Of a stretch of 64,000 nt of DNA, positions 1-11,639 are shown one piece after another. The position numbers and the translations under genes are program-made. The notes under the pieces are model-generated. The model made no database searches. It worked only from the letters and a program-made list of their open reading frames with translations, and had not been told where the DNA came from. The DNA lies in NCBI GenBank assembly GCA_002189035.1, contig NEEC01000021.1, forward strand, positions 372,001 to 436,000, given 5' to 3'. This DNA is from Utricularia gibba (taxonomy: Eukaryota > Plantae > Magnoliophyta). Numbering within the stretch: position 1 is the stretch's first letter; every line of letters starts with the position of its first letter.

Positions 1-130
1 TCTCCACATGTCATTTCCCGAAGCATGGATACAATAAGACACAAGTGGTATATTCTAAGTCATAATTGTAACAAATTCGAAGGTTGTATAGATAAAGTAA
101 TGTCGAGAAAAAAAATGGTTACCATGAATA
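1..130 (+). pseudogene. Pong ORF1 (Myb-like/NAM-associated) fragment
   Basis: Frame 1 reads SPHVISRSMDTIRHKWYILSHNCNKFEGCIDKVMSRK, matching the R..W..I...CNKF.GC...V pattern of Pong ORF1 proteins. Downstream sequence is decayed. Confidence 0.6.
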
Positions 131-1339
131 TGATTTCAAACTCCAACCTTTAGAGTTATTTAAGAGTGAAGAAAAGAAAGATTTTGTTTATATTAAGTAT
201 TGAGAAGTTTTGCATTTTTAATCAAATTATATCAATATGTATAATTTTATTGTTTTGTTGATATTAAATTTCATTATATATAAGTATATGTCTTTTTTTT
301 ACAAGAAAATCATATCATTAGAAAAGATTTGAAATAAAACTTGAAAATTGATATAATGAACAACTTATTGCATCTTTGTATTCTTCTTTAAGTGTTGAAA
401 AAGAAGTAAAACCTATATAACAAAAGGTTGTTAAACATAATTTATAAGAGAAACAATTAATAGGTTCTACTAGTGTTATTAATGAGAAATTATTTGAAGA
501 ATACAAGGATATTGTCAACAATTTATATCGCAACCTTCAGAAAAAAATAAGTCGATAGAGATCTACAATAAATTATATTTTACAGATATCTGCTTAAAGA
601 TGTGTTAGAATGATGTAAGTAATATGAACATTGAACAAAAGTAAATGTATAAAATAACATTTCATGGTCTTGCAAAGGTTATGAATTTAATTATAACTCA
701 TAGAATTTCTAAAGACAAAGAGTATAATGCATGCGTTAATCTCTCTAATTCAAATGATTGATTAGACTTTGAAGTATGTCGATGAGCTTTTGAACTTGGA
801 AGGATTTTTCTTTTAATTATATTTTTTTATTTTGAAATTGTTGTATTACTCAACTTTATTAATATTTGTATTTAATTTGATCTACTTATGTTATTTTATT
901 TTTTATAGACAATGAATTTTATTTAAATTGTACAACTACAAATAATATTATTAAGTTCAAATGAAAGTCATAAATACAAATAATATTATTAGGTGAATAT
1001 AAAAGTGATAGCTATATTATACTGTTAAATAAAATTAAAAGTAATAGGTAAAATTCAATGATGATAGATGAAAATTGAAGTAACAAATAAAATTAATAAA
1101 ATGGTAGGTGAAAATTAAAATAACAGATAAAATTAAAAAGTATTAAATGAAAGTAAAAATGGTAGGTAAAAATTTAGAAGGGTAATTGAAAATTTTATTT
1201 ATTTAAGAATCTAAATGTAATTTTAATTCTATTCATATAATAGATTTACCTTTTGGGAGTCATATAGTGAAGTTTTTCATAAAAGATGATACTGATGATG
1301 TAGCAATCGTTCAATATGAATTTCATTTCATCCACAATG

Positions 1340-2490
1340 AAACACATGTGGAACAACAAGAAACCTCAAGATAGTCACGTCCATGCCAACGTGTGGAGTG
1401 CAACTGTGAATTAGGACATGAAAGGTTTGTACCTGATTATTTTTACAATGATACAACTTATATAAATGAATAATTCTATAGTAGATTTGGAATGAAAAGA
1501 TCTTTATTTGAAAGAATAGTTGAGACTCTTCAAAGTCAGAATTCATTTTTTTCAAGAAAAATTAAATTGTACGAGGCCGTTTAGAACTAAACCCTTTACA
1601 AAAGTGCATGGCTACTATACATATGTTAGTTTATGGTTCTTGTACTAATAATGTACATGAATATGCTTGAATTGGAGAGGCAACAACTATTCGTAGTTGT
1701 ATTTTAGAACAATATTTGAAAACTCCTACAATTGAAGATTTTGAACAATTACTTGCTTGGGAAGAACCTTGGGGCTTTCTAGGCATGTTTGGTAGTGTAG
1801 ATTGTATGCATTGAGAATGCAAAAATTGTCCAATTGTACAACAAAGTTAATTTAAGCATAGAATTATTGACAAATGTCACTTATGTTAGAAGCAGTAGCC
1901 TCTTTAGATATGTGGATTTGACATGCTTTTTTGGAATACGAAGTGCGAACAATGGTCTTAATGTTTTGACATTCTACATTACTAAATGAATTGCATAATT
2001 ATGTTGCCATTCAAATATAATTTACATAAATGATGTTACTTATAACATGGTATATTATGTGGCTTATGGTATTTATTCTAATTGGGTTGTGTTCGTGAAA
2101 TCTATTACACTTTCATAGGGATAAAAAGTACATTTTTTTGTTCAATTTCAAAAGAGTGTCAGAAAAGATATAGAGTCTATTTTTAGAATATTGCAAAATC
2201 AATTTGAGATAATAACATCTCATGCAAGAGTTTGAGATTAAAAGACCTTAGAGGATATCATATGTGTATGTATTATATTGTATAAAATGATTGTTGAAAA
2301 TAATGTACATTCTATTTCTTAAGATATTATTATAAATGAGTATGATCGACATACGATGGTCCAATCCTTAAAAAGTTACAAAGATATTAGAATGAATATG
2401 CATAATTATATATATTAAGTAGAATACTTATATGATAACAATATTCATTGTCATCTGAAAAATATTTGATCGAACCTATTGGGATAAATT
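1340..2490 (+). pseudogene. Pong-type DDE transposase pseudogene (Plant_tran family)
   Basis: Motifs SRFGMKRSLFERIV, LNPLQKCMATIHMLVYG, GFLGMFGSVDCMH*ECKNCP, LMLEAVASLDMWI*HAFFG, YYVAYGIYSNW, RKDIESIFRILQNQF and CVCIILYKMIVE, with many stops and frameshifts. Confidence 0.9.
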
Positions 2491-2944
2491 TCAATTGATG
2501 CATTATATAATTAGTTGTTGTTCAACTAATTTCATATTATGTTTTGTGTTTAAAATGTTTTAATATTATAAAATTTATGTTTTAAATTATAAATAATATT
2601 TTTAAAAATTAAAAAACTTCATAAAAAAAACTCAACAAAATAAATACATATCATCATTTACGAAAACCACTAAATATGCTCTAAGGTCTATCATAGTAGA
2701 GGAAATAGGGTCTCAAAAGTCATTGAAGCATACAAGAGGTGAGGATCGGATGCTTCCGCCGCTAGTGGCTTCTCAACGGCGTCCTGCTTCTCCCTCCGAG
2801 TCTCTTCTGATAAGCGCAATGAGATGAAGGTCCAACCGCCACCCCACTCCCAAGGGGATGCTTCCTTCAATTGGACGCGGAATCGGTAGCAATGTACTGG
2901 ACCTGCGACTATTTATCCAAAAGAACCCAAATGGAAAACGTTTA

Positions 2945-2963
2945 TGGGCCTTAAGGAGGCCCA
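2945..2963. promoter_or_regulatory. Palindromic pair of site II (TGGGCY) elements upstream of the DUF760 gene
   Basis: TGGGCCT-taagg-AGGCCCA is a perfect 7-bp inverted repeat about 130 bp upstream of the ATG at 3094. Confidence 0.55.
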
Positions 2964-3093
2964 ATTGGATACCTGCCGCATGAAATTTCTTGTCTATCAT
3001 CGGTGCACAGTTTGGGAGATTGGTAGCCTATGAACTGTGGCTTAAGGGAGCTGCAGCGAGGATCCATCGGAGAAAGGCTCCGGTCGGTTGATA

Positions 3094-5183
3094 ATGGCGG
3101 CCTTCGCCAACTATCTCTTCTCTTCTTCTCCTCGGCTTCCATGTTCTCTTCGCCGTGTTTTCACTCCCGTTTCGATTAAGACATCCAACGGGCGGAAAGG
3201 TTCAGTCGATTCGCGGCGTATGACGCTCCTGATGCGCGCTTCGGACTCTTCTGTTTCGGGATTCAGCGCCGGTGATGAGAACCCTCGTCGGAGGTGTGCG
3301 GGAGTCCTTAAATTTTCCTGTCATGATGTACCTATTGTGATGGGCGATTGTGTGAATTATGCAGTCATCGATATCGTGCTGTGTCTAAAATAAAAGATGA
3401 TGATTGCTGAGATGACGTTCTGTGTTTCAGGATCGTGCCTTTTATGATTTGATAAGAGACATTGAGCCTTTGGATGTGAGCCTTATTCAGAAAGATGTAC
3501 CGCTTACGACAGTAGATGCTATGAAGAGGACCATCTCTGGGATGCTGGGTCTGCTGCCGTCAGAACAGTTTCAAGTGACAGTTGAAGCCCTATGGAAACC
3601 GATCTTCAAGTTGTTGGTTTCATCGTTGATGACGGGGTATGCTTAGCTTTGCAGCAATTTTCTTGATGAGAAGTGAAAGAATGGAACCTTGTTCTGGCTG
3701 AGCTAACTTGATGAGGATAGTGCTTGGAGTTTAGTTGTTGTTGAATTGTTTGACGTTATGGTTCTCTATTTCGCATAGTAATACTCATCGAGGATGGAAT
3801 GGTACTGGTTGAACTAACTTGATGAGGGTAGAGTGGTTCGTTGTATGCTTCTCTATTTTGCAATGGTATGTACTTCAAGTATCAAATTGCTGTAGTTGAA
3901 CTAACTTGACGTGCTTAGTGATTTGAGTTGAGTGGTTGATTGGCTTGAGCATATGCTTTCCTATTTTGTGTAGTTGTACTCTTTGAGGATGGAATTGTTC
4001 TGGATGAGCTAACTTGATGAGGGTAGTGCTTGGAATTGAGTGGTTGATCGCTGCTTCTCTATTTTTCAGAGGTATACACGTCAAGTATCGAATGGTTGTA
4101 GTTGAACTAACTTGATGAGGGTAGTGATTTCAGTTGAGTGATTGATTGGTTTGAGCAAACACTTTTCTATTTAACGTAGGTATACTCTTCGAAATGCTGA
4201 ATATCGGCTGAGTCTAGAGCGGAATCTTGAGATATTTAGAGTGAACAACAATGGCCAAAACAATGATGGTACCCAGAGCGTATCCGATGGTCAAAATCTC
4301 CAAGACATGGAAAGGGGAGGCTTTTATCAAGAGAGCTTTAGCACCAAAATCCCAGATTTTGATAAAATGGCACCAGATGTTCAGCAATATATTTCAGACA
4401 TGCATTCTCGTTTGTCATCGTTGAAAAAGGTACCTACCATCACTTACCGGTCGGTGCTCAAGCTGTAGAGCATTTGGAATTTTGAAGGTTATTCTCAACT
4501 GCTTCAGGAACTCCATGATGTCAAGAGAAAAAGTGCAGCCCTTCAGATGCAGCAGTTTGTTGGTGAGGAAAAGAATGATCTGTTGGATTATCTGAGATCT
4601 CTGGAACCAGAAAAGGTGAAAACTACATGAACTGAGCAGTTAAATGCATTGTTTTTTATTATTCATAGCTAAATCGTCACACTGAATGTAAGATCTCTTT
4701 TCTTGTATCCTGTCATGGTGTGCATGAATGGCAGGTAGCAGAGCTTTCGGAGCCCACATCGCCTGAATTGAAGGAAACGATCGATTCAGTGGTGCACGGT
4801 CTCTTGGCAACTCTTTCTCCTAAAATGCAATCAAAGGGCTCTGAACCCCGAGAAGGCAGTTCCATTGGTACTATGAAAATGGAGTCTGAAGGTGACCACA
4901 TTGATCTTGTTGAGGACACATCACTCCACTTCGAGCCACTTATCTCATTGCCCCGCGATTATTTAGCACGCCTACTGTTTTGGTGAGCTCCTCCTCCACC
5001 TGATGCCACTGCAAAATGTTGGTTGAAGACATGTATTCAACTGCCTGCCGTTCTCTTTGTTTTAGGTGCATGCTGCTGGGACACTACCTAAGAGGCTTAG
5101 AATACAGAGTAGAGCTCACAGAGCTCCTTTCAGTGCCGTGTTCTCAAGAGAATGACGCTGCCATGACTGAACAGGATGCTTGA
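3094..5183 (+). CDS. DUF760 family plastid protein (UV-B-induced At3g17800-like family)
   Basis: Exons about 3094-3293, 3431-3636, 4180-4429, 4508-4615, 4735-4982 and 5066-5183 with GT-AG introns. Motifs DIEPLDVSLIQKDV, DAMKRTISGMLGLLPS, GYTLRNAEYRLSLERNL, EEKNDLLDYLRSL and LFWCMLLGHYLRGLEYR. The N-terminus is Ser/Arg-rich like a transit peptide. The exon1/exon2 phase does not fit cleanly (see findings). Confidence 0.9.
3690..4200 (+). repeat. Intronic tandem array, 5 units of about 87-111 bp, in intron 2 of the DUF760 gene
   Basis: The core CTAACTTGA recurs at 3703, 3814, 3901, 4009 and 4107, each followed by similar gagggtagtg...gagtggttg...ttctctattt blocks. Confidence 0.85.
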
Positions 5184-5541
5184 AAGCCTCTATTACAGGA
5201 TACAGAATATGCACATCTTTTCTCCATTGCCACTCGCAAGAGCACACGATAACTTCGCCCATCATCGTCTAAGGCCTGATCGGAACCTGCTGCTACATGA
5301 AATCCATGGCTGTGTTTTCCTGTTTATTGTGCATGAGGGCAACTACGGATTGCCACTGTCCTTGCAGAGGTACTCTGTTATGAAGCATCCCAACCCCTTA
5401 CTAGTTTTATTTGTTCTTCGGCGCATGTGAATATCCTTCAAAACAGTCTGGACTTTCAATAAAAAAAACATTCAGTTCTCATTTGTTCCCAAAGATATAT
5501 TCAAGTAGCTATCACTTGAAGGCAGAAGGTGTTCCATATGG

Positions 5542-7929
5542 CTACAAATCTGCAAAGAAACTACTCGAGTCGCCAGCATCTCCTCTTCCATTCGCAAATT
5601 TCCTCTTGTTTTTCCTGGATCCTGCGTCAAACGGGAAGAATGATCTAGACTTGTGAATGTTCCCAGCATAAATTGTTCTTCCAAATCAGCGACAGCAAAC
5701 CTTCTGAAGGTGCTGGAGCATCATCGTTGATCTGCATTTCATCGTCACTGTCACTCTCAGATCCATCAGCCTGTTGCGCTGCGGTTGAAGAGCCTCGCAG
5801 CAAGCCCTCCAGCTCCCACAACTACACATTCAAGTGTAAGAATTTTTCTGTCTACAGAGACCTGGAAAAAGGAAGAGGCTAGCTAACCTTCAGTATATGA
5901 TCATGGGAGATGCTGCCCAGAAATCTCTTGTCGTGAGAAAAAGCTGCAAATTGATTTGCAGAGTAGTAAGATGGCGGATCCATAGATAACTAAATAACCA
6001 CACCGGTTACTGAATACATCTCAGTGAATCGACTAAAAGAGCAGGGGAGTTTCTTACCCAAGCCCTCCACAGGGTAATCAGAGTGCTCTGCCACTGGTTG
6101 GATAATTCTATTGGGCAGTATGCCAACTAAACTGATGGGAAGTTTGGGTTTTCAAGTCAACAGAGTAATCCAGATTATGGGAAGCCTACTGATTCTGGAG
6201 CCGTACCTGATCATTCCATTCTCAGTGCCAGTGATGACTCGATCTTCATCAAGCTGCTTACCAGAAAAATAGTTTTTGTTAGAGAAGGTGGACACAAAGA
6301 AGCACATGAAGAGTCATCACAAAAGCATTTACCTTCAGCAACACATCAACAGAATTAGGAGATAAGTCGACGAATCTGTCACTGTAAATCCGAAGGAAAA
6401 TGGATCAACATGATATCAAAAACACAATTCTCTGACAGGACATTATAATGGTCGAGAAGAAAAGAGATGCCTGCAGTCCTTGAAAAAGCCCCAGGAGTAC
6501 AGCAACAAAGCTCCAGATTGCGTCCCACACACAACCTTTTTACCATTCTATGAGACCAATAGTGCAGTAAATTAACAGATCAAGTAACTCCATGGGGAAA
6601 ATATGCAGGAGTTGCTGTACGAAACCTACTGAAGTGACTTTCTATTCAAAGTGTAGCATAATCTGACCTTCATGATCACAACAGAAAGGAGCTCGTCTTC
6701 GGAAAACTCTGACCGGGTTTGAACCTAGAGTATGCATAAATCCATAAAGCAACTGATATCTAAACTAGGTGGCTGAGATCATTTCCTAACAACTAGCGAT
6801 CAGAACGATGAGGAAACAGAAATAATACCTTGCCGCTTCTCAAGTTGCTAACAGACAGAGTGCCATCTCCGCTGGAGAAAAGAAAGCACAAGAAGGGTAA
6901 TACATGCACGAAAATATGCAAGCAAGGACAAATATCAGCTCAAATTTGCTAATAAACGCAACAACCCACTGAAGAGGAAAGATCTTGGCGAGGATTGCAA
7001 AATACAATGAACATGAATAATAAAAATACAAAACCGCACGATAAAGTTTGGGATACCATGTGGCTATAAGTTTCATGGATTCAGAAGAGAATGTCATATC
7101 AGAAATGTGTTCTTCATGTACATGAAACACATGGCTGCAAGACCTCTGCCGGGTATCCCATACCTGACGCATAAAAGAAAACAGAAACCATATATCATCG
7201 TCAAATATAGGCATTGAGAGCTGGACAACTTTACAGTTCCATCAGATAAGCATACCTTAATACAGCCCACATCATCTCCAGAGGCAATGGTTGATTCTGT
7301 CAAGCTAACTATACGGTTGATAGCAGCGCTGAAAAAAATTTCATATGCTCTTTGAAAACATAATCCCTTTACAATGAAACCATAAGAGATAAATTTAATT
7401 CACAGCCCACCCATGTGCATTGTTTAAGCGTGTAACTGCAGTGCCTGTTTCCACATCTGTAGCGAGGATGGAACAATCAACGGACCCGGTAACAACAACT
7501 GCAGTAAATAGTTGAATCAGTTTGCTTTCCCAGATAACAGATTCCATCAGAAACCGAGAGCTTTACACGGTTACCTCTCCCTTCATCGATAAAACGTAGA
7601 GCTCTACACGACTCAGTGTGAGCCTTTACTTTATGAACCCTATAAATTAATCAGCCCAAGAAATTAGTATCGCAAACCCACAAAAGAAAAGAATGAAACC
7701 ATCGCAAAAATCGTACCTTTCCGGTGGGGATTCGTCGGAAAAACGGTATCTAGTTGAAAGCACAAGAAATTTCATAAGGAATTGCTCGCCATAATGAATA
7801 TTATAAACAAAAAGACCGAGCGACTCCAGCTTACATGTGCAGGGTGCCGTCGATGAGAGAAGTGGCAACGACGCTAGTTGAAGGATGAAAATCGAGGTCG
7901 AACGGAACATCCTCCAGAGCAACCTCCAT
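5542..7929 (-). CDS. WDR55: WD40-repeat protein 55 homolog (multi-exon)
   Basis: Starts MEVALEDVPFDLDFHPSTSVVATSLIDGTLH (exon 1 7835-7929). Continues IYRFSDE, KAHTESCRALRFI, SGDDVGCIKVWDTRQRSC and HEEHISDM, then an acidic tail SESDSDDE, and ends GDSSSFFADL* (stop 5542-5544). The introns I checked are GT-AG and in phase. Confidence 0.92.
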
Positions 7930-8645
7930 TCCGCGCAATGCAATCCACAATTCTAAAAGGGAGCACCTTCAAAACTCTCCTAAAAGATGTACAGAAGGGT
8001 TTTAGGGTCCAATCACATGTTGTCGGGCCTGCCCAGAAAGCCTCACACTGTCAACTTCAGGAAATAAAAAAACCGTCTTAGAAAACCGAAACCTCGAACA
8101 AAATGTACAGGCTAGTGGCGTTCAGTTTGATCAGGAAGGGACGAAGATCCATTCACGGTATGCCACACGAAGATGCTCCCTTTGGATGTATAATGCAAAC
8201 TCTGGTCGCCCTTGTATTTTCACTATGGTTTGCAAGACCTATGGCTGTGGGATAGGAAAGCCTTAAACCTCTCTCTGGTTTCTTTCGTCAAAACTCCTGG
8301 TGTCCTTCAAATTTCCGTTAATGAGGGCTGTCACTAGACTTAGTGTGGACTCTTGACCAAGAACATCCTTGCAAAGAATGTTTTTTTCTCATCACAAGCT
8401 TAGCCAGAAATTTGGGAAGTTTGAGGTAGCTGCGTTTGCTAGAGATTTTCTTCCATTTTGCATAGATTCTGCAAGTTGAATAACCGACGAAGGACCGTAG
8501 ATGGATACTGGGAAAACAAAAAAAAATGAAAAGCCATATAAATCTTATTTTGTAGCGGAAGCCCAAACCAAAGCATAAGGCCATACAATCCAAATAAAAG
8601 TTAGGGTTGTGGATAATAATTTTAATGTATTTGTTAGTGATAAAG

Positions 8646-9553
8646 TAATGGCCGTTTCTCTCCTCGAAAATTTGAGATATGGCCATCTCGTAAAAATCTT
8701 TAAAAGAAGTTCATTATTAATGTAAATGCACTGACATGTCAGTGTTCAAATAAATATTATACTTTTCAAAATTCTTTGAGACGTTGTTTACTATCATTAA
8801 TCGATATCTAGAATCCTTTGGGCACTGTTTATTGCCATTAATCGGCACCCAAAAGGATTCTGAGCGCTGCTTATTATCATCAGGCGGCGCCCAAGTCCTT
8901 CCGGACACTGCCTATAAGTATCAAGCAACGCTCATATACACCCTTTCGAATAATTCGAAAGATAAAAATAATATTCTTTTGAAAGTGTTTTTCGTACACA
9001 TGATTCCAAATGCAAACTAATAATATTTAAAAATTTTATTTCAAGTAATTATTAGATTTTAGATTAATATATAATATATATCATTTAATTACGTAATTGT
9101 TCCAGTGTGGGATACATTTGATTCAAAACTCAAAATTGGAAAAAAACATCTTCTTAATTTTTTATGGATCATTCATTTTATATAAAAAATTGATTTACAC
9201 TATGATATGTAAAGTATGCATATGTATTTATATAGTTTAATTATGCAATTGTTTACATATATATAATTTAATTACGTTAATGTGTATATATACATTAATT
9301 AGAGGAGGCATAATTATTTTTCCTGTTTGTAAATTATTTAAAAATTTAATAGTTATTGTGACATATTTTATAGTATTATATACAATATTATGCAATTAAA
9401 CACATGAATTACTAAAAGAAATATTATTTCGAAAATGATGATTTAAAAGAAATATTATTCATGTCAGTGTATTTACATGAATAATGAATTTCTTTTAAAG
9501 GTTTTTTACGAGATAGCCATATTTCAAATTTATGAGAAGAGAGATGGTCATTT
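8646..9553. mobile_element. Non-autonomous MULE-like element with long TIRs
   Basis: 8646-8739 is an imperfect inverted repeat of 9459-9553 (about 95 bp, e.g. tatggccatctcgtaaaaa / ttttacgagatagccata). No coding capacity inside. A 9-bp TSD was not identified. Confidence 0.65.
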
Positions 9554-11639
9554 CTCAAATTAACCTTAAAGTAATTTATCCCATATCCTATTTATAAATT
9601 TTAATTGTATATTTTATATATAATATGTGAAATCCACCACAAGAATCCTATATGAACAGCAATCATGATGATGGAGTTTGCTTCAATCCGATGTAACTGA
9701 ATACCTAATTCGTAATTAACTAATAGACTTGTCTGGTATTACAGGGGACATGAGTAGTAATTGCAATCATTTTCTTAGTTTTACATGGGAAATGGAAAGT
9801 GTTGTGATTATTTAACAAATTCTGTATCTTTATTAGAAACAACATCTTTCAAAAGTTATTTGTGCTCTGTAAAATGATTTTTCTCTATTATAATTGATCA
9901 TTTGAATTTTTTAGATAGCTCATCAAAAATGTTTGATCATAAATATCTTTTAGACATTAAATTATTGTCTATGGTTTTGCTTTCCTAGAACATTTTGATT
10001 CAACTCTATTAGATCCAATACCCCATTTTTAGCCATCTAATAGATTTGGCTACTTTCATGAAGGATATGAACAATTGTTGTAACCACAATTATAATCTTC
10101 CATGGATAATGAGAATTATTGTAACCGCCCAAAAAAATCCCTAGTTTTATGGGAAGTGAACTTATGTCTTTTAGAGGATGTTCTTACTTTATAAAACTAT
10201 ATCTCCTTTATATAATAGATTATTTGAATTCAAAAAATAAATGATTAAAAAATATATGATCAGAAATACCTTTAAAATATAAGATTATCATGTATGTAGT
10301 TTTATTTTTTTATTCCGATTTCTACAACATTCTAAAGAAGGAAATCCACACCAAGACAAAGAATCACTACCTATAGCACCCCCTCCCCCTTTTCATAGAT
10401 CCATTGCTTGCAACCATTGCTGATTTTGTACCTATGTAACATTCATTACTTCTAGATTCTAGCCCCTCAACCGTATTATAGCATCAGTCATCATGGAAAC
10501 ATTTCCAAGATTGAACTTTTCAAAGATCATCAGTTCCACAAATTGCAATATTGTTGTAAGAATAAGAATACAAAAGCAAAAGTCCAAAAACATGATAATC
10601 CAATATCATGAAATACTTTTGTGATGGATTGTGCCATGATGATGTTTAGAGCTTAAATCCAGAAATATGATAACCTAGTATTCAGAAATGCTTTTGGGAT
10701 GGATTGTGCCATAATGAGGTTTAGAAATGATACTCAACACATAGGTATGGTAATCAATCGTTGATGCAAGCAATGGATCACAAAGAAGGGTAGGTAACAA
10801 AGACCTTGATATGATAAAAGTGGTCATATTTTGAAAGAAGCATATCGATATGATGGATGATAGTGGGTTTGAGATCATGATTGTAGGTGTAAATATAGAA
10901 ATATTAGCATTTAAAACATCATTAGCATTGAATATCATAGTAATTACCATTAGGGCATCTTAGGCAAGATATTGGTTTTAGGGCTTGTTTGGTATGCATG
11001 TTAAGGAATCTTAACAAGGGGTTTAAATTAATACTTTATTTGGTAAGGCTTGTGAAACTACACAACCATGTTTACCTAAACATGCATAAAACAAATTTTT
11101 CATGTGTTATGATTAACCTAGGGGTGTGCATTTACCCTCACAATCTATCTTTAGGTAATTATTTGTATTTTTTGGATTTTTATGGTTAATCGTCGTTTTT
11201 TCTAGTAAACGAGATGATTATTATTATTACTATAATAGACGATTGCATCAGATGATGTATTCATCATAGAATGTCTTCATCTTCTCTAGATTTCACATGG
11301 GTTTATTTAATTTTACATTACATTTTTTGATATTTTGCTATATTTCTATGGTCTACATTCGGATTTTAACTTATATGATTGTCACTTTGCATTTCTTTAT
11401 GGAGTATTCTTGTCTGCCCTAGGAATGATTTCTGAACAAATTAGACCAGCACCTATGGGTGCTGCACATGCCATCAAGCATGTTGCTTTTGTGCGTATGG
11501 TTGCTCTTACCTAAGCATGGATGAAGCAACAAGGTTCCCGAAAAAACAGGCTATTGTACTCATATAAGGAAAAGATTCCAAAGCAAGTTGAATACATGAG
11601 AGGTCTTATTAGTGATGCGAATCTCAGTTTGTTTGGAAG

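Larger units (their letters stand above)
1..2681 (+). mobile_element. Degenerate Pong-like (PIF/Harbinger superfamily) DNA transposon, left end outside window
   Basis: Myb-like ORF1 remnant and Plant_tran-type transposase remnant lie in the same orientation, which is the Pong layout. The right end ...ctaaatATGCTC (2681) is followed by TAA (2682-2684), consistent with a decayed Pong TIR (GAGCAT...) and TAA TSD. Confidence 0.75.

Noticed and set aside
8100-8600. Moderately GC-rich region upstream of WDR55 with an acceptor-like tract and a 122-aa ORF
   Set aside because: Frames are interrupted and unrecognisable. I cannot distinguish upstream UTR or promoter sequence from a gene relic.
9660-10950. 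Possible decayed Athila-like gag-region sequence with a 75-bp internal duplication (about 10613-10730)
   Set aside because: Too degenerate to recover any diagnostic motif by eye, so not called.
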